Assembly (NCBI GenBank): GCA_030747675.1
Contig: JASLKH010000030.1
Coordinates: 1 to 27,893, forward strand
Source: Candidatus Thalassarchaeaceae archaeon
GTDB taxonomy: Archaea; Thermoplasmatota; Poseidoniia; Poseidoniales; Thalassarchaeaceae
Length of the DNA: 27,893 nucleotides
Direction: 5' to 3'
Positions within the stretch are counted from its first letter, which is position 1. Each line of letters starts with the position of its first letter. The position numbers and the translations under genes are program-made. Of the stretch, positions 1 through 7,731 are shown piece after piece. Below the pieces are notes generated by a model. That model searched no databases. It was given only the letters and a program-made list of their open reading frames with translations, and was not told the DNA's origin.

Positions 1-401
1 GATAAGGCAGATAGTACTGCATATGTGTTCAATCTTCTATCAGTCCAATCCCATGGAACGCCCCATTCTGCGGACCCCCAAATTGGTCCGGAAATCACTA
101 CACAGAGTCCATACAATAGACTTAGTTCAGCAGCAATTCCAGACAATGTCCAGCCCCATTCCTTTCGCTTCCCCATCCATGCGAGACTACCGACAAAAAG
201 CATTCCAAATGTTAGAAATGAAGTCCACGCCGCCGGAACATGCCAAAAAATAATCCGGTATGCTTCAGGGGCATTCCAAGAATTTGCCGACATAGATGGA
301 GCATATACGAGGCCCAAAACCATGCCAATGCCTGCAATAAGCAAGCCCGCTAGCATCAATTGTATGCCTCGCATGGAGTGACCGCGTTGTCGGGGCATCA
401 T
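1..401 (-). CDS. ccmC: Heme exporter/cytochrome c biogenesis protein CcmC (3'-truncated by window edge)
   Basis: Manual minus-strand translation (absent from the ORF track because the stop is outside the window): ...YRIIFWHVPAAW...GPIWGSAEWGVPWDWTDRRLNTYAV. This has the CcmC HVP histidine and the Trp-rich WWD motif. ATG at 401 overlaps the upstream TGA (TGATG); alternative start 374. Confidence 0.9.
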   Translation of the reverse strand, partial: MMPRQRGHSMRGIQLMLAGLLIAGIGMVLGLVYAPSMSANSWNAPEAYRIIFWHVPAAWTSFLTFGMLFVGSLAWMGKRKEWGWTLSGIAAELSLLYGLCVVISGPIWGSAEWGVPWDWTDRRLNTYAVLSAL

Positions 402-1645
402 CAATTTGACCCTGTACGAGGGTGCACTATTGGTATTGCAACAGCAATAATTATTGGGATTCCTACGGCAAGTCCAAACCCATACCAATCCCAATTATTT
501 ACAAGTTCAGCCGCTAAAATAAATGGCCAAATAAGAATCAATGTCAGTAGTGAAACAAATTGTCCAGTGCTTCTTGGTAGGCGATCGGCGAGTACATGCA
601 ATGCTTGATTTGCGTGAAATATTGAATACATGATTGCGCCCAAGCAAAAGAGTTCACTTGTTGTTGCAATAGTAGAATAAAATTGTGAAATAATGAATGG
701 ACTGAGGATGATAACAAAAGCAGCAAAGAATGCAGGGTCGAAACTGTTACCTTGTGACCGCCACCATTCTCCAGTTCGGTTTTCACTCAGATAACGAAGG
801 GCAGAAGGCGTCGTCATGGCAGAAAGAAACGGTGCGCTTAGCAAAATTATCCCATTTAGCATTAGATCATGGTTACTACTATTTTCTGCTGCAGAAAGAA
901 TCAGCATTACTGCAAATAAAGGCAACCCTAAGACCACAAAAGGTGCTTTTGTGCGCCAATGTAGTTTATTCACCCATTGATTGAATGGGTTTGAAGGTTG
1001 TTTTGGTTTCAAGGTTGGTAAGATTGAGGAGTCTTGAGTTGTTGTTGAGTTTTCTTCTCCAAAATTTATGATGCGATCAGAGCATGTTTTGAGTCTTGAG
1101 TCGTGTGTCGCAATTAGGAAAGAGTGTCCACGTTTTTTTAGTGTTTGGATATCGGAAATCAGTGTAATTACAGAGTCTTCATCTAATCCAATTGATGGTT
1201 CATCAAGGAGACAAATTCTTGGTTCTAAATCGGCGTAGGATGGCAGTAGGCCCTGGATGACTGAAATTCTTTGATTCATACCACCTGATAATTGCCCAAT
1301 TCTGTCAGCACTGCGGTGCCCAAGATTCCACCGCTCTAGCAAATTCCAAGTTCCTGCAACATCTGTTCCAGAAATGGCAGCAGCAATATCGATACGTTCT
1401 TGAACAAATTCATCCCCATGAATCCCTCCATTTTGAAGAGATAAACCGAATGGTTTTGAAATATTGAAAGACCCTTTTTTGACAGGCAATAAACCAGCAA
1501 CTGCTTCGATGAGTGTTGATTTTCCACAGCCATTTGGGCCGGATAGAATTACGCATTCGCCAGAGCACACCTTTAGATCGAAATTTGAGAGCACTTCTGA
1601 CGTGCCTCGGACAATGGTCAGTCCATTCACTTCGAGTAGGTCCAC
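401..1645 (-). CDS. ABC ATPase (CcmA-like) fused to a C-terminal multi-TM domain (CcmB-like)
   Basis: Walker A GPNGCGKS, signature LSGG, Walker B LLDEP and H-loop ATHD lie in aa 1-195. After a polar linker come about 180 hydrophobic aa. GTG start with GGAGG SD at about 1650-1654; coupled to ccmC. The ATPase is certain; the CcmA/B identity is inferred from context. Confidence 0.7.
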   Translation of the reverse strand: MDLLEVNGLTIVRGTSEVLSNFDLKVCSGECVILSGPNGCGKSTLIEAVAGLLPVKKGSFNISKPFGLSLQNGGIHGDEFVQERIDIAAAISGTDVAGTWNLLERWNLGHRSADRIGQLSGGMNQRISVIQGLLPSYADLEPRICLLDEPSIGLDEDSVITLISDIQTLKKRGHSFLIATHDSRLKTCSDRIINFGEENSTTTQDSSILPTLKPKQPSNPFNQWVNKLHWRTKAPFVVLGLPLFAVMLILSAAENSSNHDLMLNGIILLSAPFLSAMTTPSALRYLSENRTGEWWRSQGNSFDPAFFAAFVIILSPFIISQFYSTIATTSELFCLGAIMYSIFHANQALHVLADRLPRSTGQFVSLLTLILIWPFILAAELVNNWDWYGFGLAVGIPIIIAVAIPIVHPRTGSN

Positions 1646-1719
1646 ACCCCCTCCAATCGACCACTTGGCTTGAGTCTGGTGGCGAAGAGGTCAAGCGCTC
1701 ATCCCTACCGTGAACATAC

Positions 1720-2727
1720 ATGGGGTTGATTTGGTCAGCAGTGAGCACGTCTCAGTGGCTATATGCATCCCTATGGCTTACATTAACGATTTTACCTTTG
1801 ATCCATGCGTGGATTAAGCGTACTCCTATGGCGTTAGGAATTGGGGCCTCACTCATGTTAGCATGGTTGGCGCAGGCTTTCATTGAATGGCGCGTTGGAG
1901 GTGATTTAATGATGTTTTTAGGGGCGTTGAATCCAGCTTGGGCACTTGAACTAACTGAACTTCATCGTTTCATCACAGCAGCTTGGCTCCATGGATCAAC
2001 TCTCCATATTCTGGGGAATCTTCTCGTAATTATTCTTGTTGGAGTACCTCTTGAACAACGCCTAGGGCGTGGACGATTTGTTGCAATTTACCTCATTGGG
2101 GTTCTTGGAGGTAATATGGGATGGGCTCTTGCGAATTGGGAAAGTACAAGGTTTTCATTAGGTGCTTCTGGTGCGGCGTTTGGTTTACTCGGATGTTATC
2201 TTGCATGTTGGCCTCGAGATGAAATCGAATTCCCTTTGATTTTGATACGAAAGTGGCCTGTAGCATGGGTTGCTTTGTTCAAGTTCGCTCATGAAGTACT
2301 TGCCTACGGTCTTTTTTCAGGAACTTCAAATGTCGCCCATCTTGCCCATTTAACTGGTTTTATTGCTTGTTATGTACTCGCAAAACCAATTGCAAAGGGT
2401 GGCTTGGTACCTATTGGAACAGTAGATTCTGGACCATCGTCGCAAGGTGGGCAGGATGCGATTCATACGGCCATGAAATCGAAAATGGGAGATATATCTT
2501 CAGACCCATGGAATAATTCAGAATATCTTCTCGATAAAGCAGCATCTCGAACTCTTCAAAGGTTGAGGGAAGAAGGTGATGAAATCGAGACACGTCAAGC
2601 CTGGTTGGAACAACTAAGTGAACAGGCTATGTGTCCAGAATGTGGGGGCGAAATAGTCATTTCAGCGGCATCAGGAATTTCGGTTTTGAACTGCTCAAAA
2701 TCTCCCTCACATCTTAATTGGCCATAA
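1720..2727 (+). CDS. Rhomboid family intramembrane serine protease with C-terminal soluble extension
   Basis: HxxxxHxxxN (WLHGSTLHILGN), catalytic GASG and AHLAHLTG, multiple TM helices; ends CPECGG...C...H. Confidence 0.93.
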   Translation: MGLIWSAVSTSQWLYASLWLTLTILPLIHAWIKRTPMALGIGASLMLAWLAQAFIEWRVGGDLMMFLGALNPAWALELTELHRFITAAWLHGSTLHILGNLLVIILVGVPLEQRLGRGRFVAIYLIGVLGGNMGWALANWESTRFSLGASGAAFGLLGCYLACWPRDEIEFPLILIRKWPVAWVALFKFAHEVLAYGLFSGTSNVAHLAHLTGFIACYVLAKPIAKGGLVPIGTVDSGPSSQGGQDAIHTAMKSKMGDISSDPWNNSEYLLDKAASRTLQRLREEGDEIETRQAWLEQLSEQAMCPECGGEIVISAASGISVLNCSKSPSHLNWP

Positions 2728-2765
2728 ATCCCTATCTTAGACCTACGGTCTAGATTCGGTGTGAC

Positions 2766-2771
2766 TTATAC
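2766..2771 (+). promoter_or_regulatory. Putative archaeal TATA box for the subtilase gene
   Basis: TTATAC lies about 28-39 nt upstream of GTG 2799/ATG 2805, compatible with a leaderless or short-leader transcript. Confidence 0.35.
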
Positions 2772-2798
2772 GCAATCGTTGCTCAGACCCCCCACGGG

Positions 2799-5700
2799 GT
2801 GCGCATGTTGTCTGCGAATGAATCTCTGCGAACAGGGCCTCTGTTTGTGTTTATTCTCATGATTGCAACCTCGATGGCTCCATTTGCCTTAGGTAATTCT
2901 GATGATTTTGAATTTGAAAATCCACCTATATTCGTCGAAGGCCTCCCTCCTTTGATGTGTGAAGACGGAAATGCTTGCTCAACCCCCAATCGGGGAGATG
3001 GGCCATGGCTTGCATATTCACCTGATAGGGACCACAACGGAATGGACGATCGCCTTCAGAGAATTTTGTCTGGTGAGTATGAATCTGTTAGTCCAACAGC
3101 GATTGAAGGACCAAATGGACGATTGACTGTAGCGATTTATGTCGATTATTCATCCCCTCCAACAGAATCTCAAATATCAGAATTGAAATCAGTTTTGGAG
3201 GTGAATGGGTGGATTGAAGACGGAGCTTGGTTTGATGTCCTTCAGTCAATTAATTCAATTGCTATTGATCATGTGCCCCTTGAAGCCTTGCTCGAAATTT
3301 GGCGTTTAAGTGGGGTAGTGACAATTGAGCAACAAAACGTTATGATTCCATTCTTGGACCACTCAGTCCCGTCAATGAAAGTGCGAGATTCAGAATTTTA
3401 TGAAGATACAGCACAGGCATTGGGGTATCGAGGGGATGGAGTCGTTGTCGCAGTACTGGATACCGGTGTAGACAATGAGCATCGCTCACTGAATGACTTT
3501 GATGATGTAAATGACGAACCCGATGCCGATGCAAATTCCTATGTCGATCCGAAATGGGTTGCAGGATATGATGCAACTTCAGCTTTATCCAATACGAGTG
3601 GTACAGATGATCCCGACGATTCAAATGGACATGGGACTCACGTTGCAGGTACTAGTATTGGCACAGGGAGTAGTGATCGCCAGTATGTCGGTGTGGCTCC
3701 TGGCGCATATTTGGTTGATATCAAGGTGCTCACCGATGCAGGAGGAACCAATTCTGCCAATACGGCACGTGGCCTGCAATGGGCAATCAGTAACGTGAAT
3801 ACCGATTGGGGTAACAATGACTCAAGCAATGGCATTGACATTTTATCGATGTCGTATGGGTCTACATCGAATCCTAATTCGGATGACCCTGGAGATAATG
3901 GTACATCCGCCGAATCTCAATTAGTCAATCAAGCAACAAATGAGGGTCTTATCTGTGTGATTGCAATGGGCAACGATGGTCAACGAAGAGTCCCATCCCC
4001 TGCTAGTGCCGACACATCAATTGCGATTGGTGCGAGTGATGATAGAGACACAGATGAGCGAGATGATGATACAATTGCATCATATTCAAACTGGGGCCCA
4101 AGAGAAGATGATGGAGATAATGACGATTCAGATGAATTGAAGCCCGATGTAGTTGCCCCTGGCAGTGGAATAAATGCTCCAATGAATGCTGCAGGGTCTC
4201 TTCAGTTACCAGGTTCGCCTAAGCCTTTAGCAGAGAATGATTATCAAGAGCAAAGTGGAACAAGTATGGCAACACCTCACGTTAGTGGATTAATTGCCCT
4301 TATGTTGAGTATTGATGATGATTTAGACATTGATGATGTCCGACAATTACTCAGAGAGAATAGCGAAGTTCGTGGAAATCCCTATGATGACGACATTGAT
4401 CCAGTTTGGAATGAAAAATGGGGCTTCGGGATTGTTGATGCAGAAAGAATCGTTGCAAATCTAACAGGCAATAGCGGTAGTGGCGGCGGTGGCGGTTCTG
4501 GAAACAACAGTACAGGAGGGGGTGACCCTCCACCAACCGGTTCAGGAGATTGGGTTGATATCGAAAGCCCAACAGATGGCGATTGGTTAATTGAAGGTGA
4601 AACTTACCGTGTTCGTGGCACTGCAGAGTCCGATAATCCTGGTGCTACCATCGAAGAGGTTTTGGTAAAGGCATGGTATTGGTACCAAGAAACAGGAACT
4701 CCCAAAGAACGTAGAGATGCATTTGATTGGACCTTGGCTGGAGGGAAGAGCAATTGGTCTCACACATTCTATGCTCAAGATTGGGTTGATGGAGAGGAAC
4801 TCACAATTGAAGTAAAAGCTAGAGACAGTACCAATGCATGGTCAGGAAATGAAGAAATCGAAGTCATGCTTGGTTCTCAGAGCATTTCAATAGGAAACCC
4901 TAGTGGCCAAACAGCAGTAAATGGATTTACAACAATATCTGGAACTTTCTTGACTCCAAACCCCATTTCGATTGAATGGCGAATAGATCGAGAACCTTGG
5001 CAAGAAATCTCAGTTTCGTCAAGTCAGGATTATACATCAGTAGATTGGAACGTGAATTGGGATACAAGTGATGTTGATGACGGCTTCCATCGCATAGCAG
5101 TGAAAGGAAGAGATCAATCAGGCGTTGTTAGTGATGAATTGAGGCGTACAGTAGAAGTTGATAATTATCCACCAGCCCCAGATTTGTCAGTATTTGGCTC
5201 AGTTTCGGTTCAAGAATATGGAATTCCTATCGGTGAAGCATATGTCAATACCTTCCTTGAAGTAAGGGCTGATATTCGAAACAATGGAGATGCTGAAGCA
5301 GAGAATATCGAAATCCACTTGAGGGAATTTGATACGAAACGTTCAGAGGCAACAATTCCTAAATTAGAACCTGGAGAAATTGCAGAGGTAGTACTCTATT
5401 GGAATCCAATGTCAAGTGGAATTAGAGAGTTGGATGTTGTAATTGATCCAGGCCAGGCATTGAGTGAAACTGATCGCACAGATAATTCCGCATCTGTAAA
5501 TTTCCCCGTGAACCAACGCCCTGAAGGTGTTGACTTAGCGGTTAGAGCTGGTGCAATCTCCACATCTCCCGCCGTACCCCGGCCCGGAGAGAATTATTCA
5601 ATTACAATACGAGTTGACAATTTAGGTGCTTACGATTCCCAACCAGTAACAATTCAGTTGAGAAAATTAAATGAAAATGGACTTTACGAAAGTGTGGGCT

Positions 5701-7721
5701 CAATTACTGCAGCATCGATTATTGGACAAGCGAGTAGTGCCATTACTTTCCAACGTTACAGCAATCATTCAATGGATACAGGTGTTTCATATCGAGTGCA
5801 ATTAGTTACTTCTACAGATCTCAATCAATCGAATAATTTAGCTGATTTCGTTGTTGTTCAGGATACAGTTTCGCTACATGGCGCAAGATCACCAGCTTTA
5901 CCTCCTTCACATCAATTACTTACATCAGCAAACATTGACGATGGTTTCCTAATTTTCACTTCAAAGGAGGATTCTATATTTGTCCATTCAATGGGTACAG
6001 ATCAAACAATTTTCACCTGTCTTGAAATTGAAACTCAATGGGCCGGAGATTTGACAGTAAACAGTCATCTTGGGTTGGTGACAGTTGCTTGGACTCGCAC
6101 TTATCTTGACAGCAACAATTTCTATCGTAGTACAGTATCCTACACAACAATAGATCGATATTGTGGTATGACTCCAAAGCAAGACTTAATGCCAGGTTTA
6201 CTAGCTGCTGAAGGGACTTATTGGGGTTTAGGAATAGATCAGGTTGAGGATAGAGTAATAGTTGCCGGTTATCACCGTGATTTGGTGACCAATGGTACTT
6301 ACCAAGACATGACTTCTATATTCTTGTTAGACACAGAATCTCCACTATCGAGTACAAGCTGGAGCCTCTCTCGTAATGTAATTCTCGATATTGAAATGTA
6401 TCCTCGAACTACGCCGGCGATTGAAGTTGAAATTGGTCAAGAGCATATTCATTTATTGTATCAAAATATCCGTGATGATTCGACAGGAGAAGATAGACTG
6501 GGGCTATTTTATGCACATGGGAAAGTAGGTATTCAAAATTGGGCTTTCGTTGTGGCAGCAGCAGATGATGCAACATTAGGGAAAATGATTATTGTTGAGG
6601 GTGACGACGACGAGGAGATTATCGTAACAGCATGGCGTGAAGGTAGTGGTAGTGGCGCTGAATTGGTTACACGCTTATCCCCAACTTCATGGTTAAATGG
6701 GTTGGAGAAACATACACCCGCCAGAGGGTTAAGAAACATCGATTTGGTTGAAACTGATCGTGGCATTCAGATTTTATTTGACGCAATCTCTCCAACTGGC
6801 CCGAAAATTTACTATGGCCTTCTTGGTGATGGGGAAGGTGGTTCAGGAATGTGGCTATCCGATACAATTGGAAATGGTGTTTTGATTTGTGCATCCCGTT
6901 CTGAAACGTTAGACGCTCCGGAATTGCATTTCTTTTACGCTTCTAGTAGTGGGATTTGGGTCAGAAGTTTAGTTGAAGATTCCCCAAATGATGCTCCAGA
7001 AAGGAGTCTTTTGGATGAAATTCGAATTACATTAGGGCTTGATGATAAGCAATTTCAAGCATTAATGCAATCAATAGGCATTGCTTGTGGGATGTTAACT
7101 TTGTTCCTATTGGTCACAGTAGTTGGTCGTCGGAGAAAGAGTAGCGAGATTATTCAAGTAAAACCAGAGTTTGTAAATGAGAATTGGGTTGAGTTGGATG
7201 ACGAAGATTTGGACAATGATGAAGAAATTGAATTACAACCTAATGTGAGTGTTGATGAAGATACTGATTCGCCTAGCGTTAGTATTGAACCTGTGATAGT
7301 TGCTGAGGTCGAATCAGATGAAGTTATTGATGATCGAGATGATGAAGATTCCAATAATTCCAATCGCTCTGAGAGGGCTAAAAGGAGAGAGCGCCGAGCA
7401 GTAGAGGCTGAAATGAAAAAGGTCGCTGAAGATATGCAACGTGCAATTGAAGAGGCGGGACTTCCACCTTTGCCAGCACCTGGTGAGTTACCACCTTTGC
7501 CAGCACCTGGTGAGTTACCACCTTTGCCAGCACTTGATGAGTTGCCACCTTTGCCAGCACCTGGTGAGTTACCACCTTTACCAGCACTTGGTGATTTACC
7601 ACCTTTACCAGCACCTGAACTTCCAGTCACTTGTTCTTCTTGCGAGTCTTCATTTAAGGCTAAGGCAAACAAAGCACGTAGGGTAAAGTGCCCATTCTGT
7701 GAAGAAACAGTACGATTATGA
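2799..7721 (+). CDS. Large membrane-anchored S8 (subtilisin-like) serine peptidase with Ig-like and CARDB domains, TM helix and cytoplasmic Pro-rich/Zn-ribbon tail
   Basis: Signal peptide; catalytic LDTG (D at 3459), HGTHVAG (H at 3630), AMGN oxyanion, SGTSMATPH (S at 4263); Gly/Ser linker; two Ig-like and two CARDB-like repeats (DL...IRNNGD...W.P...IDP...ETDRTDN); TM at about 7071-7127 followed by RRRK; C-terminal CxxC...CxxC. Confidence 0.93.
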   Translation: MRMLSANESLRTGPLFVFILMIATSMAPFALGNSDDFEFENPPIFVEGLPPLMCEDGNACSTPNRGDGPWLAYSPDRDHNGMDDRLQRILSGEYESVSPTAIEGPNGRLTVAIYVDYSSPPTESQISELKSVLEVNGWIEDGAWFDVLQSINSIAIDHVPLEALLEIWRLSGVVTIEQQNVMIPFLDHSVPSMKVRDSEFYEDTAQALGYRGDGVVVAVLDTGVDNEHRSLNDFDDVNDEPDADANSYVDPKWVAGYDATSALSNTSGTDDPDDSNGHGTHVAGTSIGTGSSDRQYVGVAPGAYLVDIKVLTDAGGTNSANTARGLQWAISNVNTDWGNNDSSNGIDILSMSYGSTSNPNSDDPGDNGTSAESQLVNQATNEGLICVIAMGNDGQRRVPSPASADTSIAIGASDDRDTDERDDDTIASYSNWGPREDDGDNDDSDELKPDVVAPGSGINAPMNAAGSLQLPGSPKPLAENDYQEQSGTSMATPHVSGLIALMLSIDDDLDIDDVRQLLRENSEVRGNPYDDDIDPVWNEKWGFGIVDAERIVANLTGNSGSGGGGGSGNNSTGGGDPPPTGSGDWVDIESPTDGDWLIEGETYRVRGTAESDNPGATIEEVLVKAWYWYQETGTPKERRDAFDWTLAGGKSNWSHTFYAQDWVDGEELTIEVKARDSTNAWSGNEEIEVMLGSQSISIGNPSGQTAVNGFTTISGTFLTPNPISIEWRIDREPWQEISVSSSQDYTSVDWNVNWDTSDVDDGFHRIAVKGRDQSGVVSDELRRTVEVDNYPPAPDLSVFGSVSVQEYGIPIGEAYVNTFLEVRADIRNNGDAEAENIEIHLREFDTKRSEATIPKLEPGEIAEVVLYWNPMSSGIRELDVVIDPGQALSETDRTDNSASVNFPVNQRPEGVDLAVRAGAISTSPAVPRPGENYSITIRVDNLGAYDSQPVTIQLRKLNENGLYESVGSITAASIIGQASSAITFQRYSNHSMDTGVSYRVQLVTSTDLNQSNNLADFVVVQDTVSLHGARSPALPPSHQLLTSANIDDGFLIFTSKEDSIFVHSMGTDQTIFTCLEIETQWAGDLTVNSHLGLVTVAWTRTYLDSNNFYRSTVSYTTIDRYCGMTPKQDLMPGLLAAEGTYWGLGIDQVEDRVIVAGYHRDLVTNGTYQDMTSIFLLDTESPLSSTSWSLSRNVILDIEMYPRTTPAIEVEIGQEHIHLLYQNIRDDSTGEDRLGLFYAHGKVGIQNWAFVVAAADDATLGKMIIVEGDDDEEIIVTAWREGSGSGAELVTRLSPTSWLNGLEKHTPARGLRNIDLVETDRGIQILFDAISPTGPKIYYGLLGDGEGGSGMWLSDTIGNGVLICASRSETLDAPELHFFYASSSGIWVRSLVEDSPNDAPERSLLDEIRITLGLDDKQFQALMQSIGIACGMLTLFLLVTVVGRRRKSSEIIQVKPEFVNENWVELDDEDLDNDEEIELQPNVSVDEDTDSPSVSIEPVIVAEVESDEVIDDRDDEDSNNSNRSERAKRRERRAVEAEMKKVAEDMQRAIEEAGLPPLPAPGELPPLPAPGELPPLPALDELPPLPAPGELPPLPALGDLPPLPAPELPVTCSSCESSFKAKANKARRVKCPFCEETVRL
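7461..7622 (+). repeat. In-frame 27-bp tandem repeat x6 encoding LPPLPA(P/L)(G/D)(E/D)
   Basis: Units start at 7461, 7488, 7515, 7542, 7569 and 7596; consensus ttaccacctttgccagcacctggtgag; no spacers. Confidence 0.95.
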
Positions 7722-7731
7722 TGTGATATTT

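Noticed and set aside
23-381. Plus-strand ORFs 23..253 and 25..381
   Set aside because: Shadows of ccmC on the minus strand, which carries clear family motifs.
1025-1105. Repeated GAGTCTTGAGT in the ccmA-B linker
   Set aside because: Short low-complexity match in a Ser/Thr/Gln/Asp-rich coding linker.
4474-4545. GGC/GGT-rich stretch as a microsatellite
   Set aside because: Simply encodes the Gly/Ser linker after the S8 catalytic domain.
7461-7622. Possible CRISPR array
   Set aside because: Units are contiguous with no unique spacers, are in frame within a CDS, and there are no cas genes.
7154-7686. ORFs 7154..7672, 7378..7614 and 7441..7686 with repetitive translations
   Set aside because: Alternative frames of the 27-bp repeat inside the subtilase gene.
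7699-7731. glmS ribozyme or N-terminal extension of GlmS
   Set aside because: Only 10 nt separate glmS from the upstream stop, and GlmS needs Cys at position 2, fixing the start at 7732.
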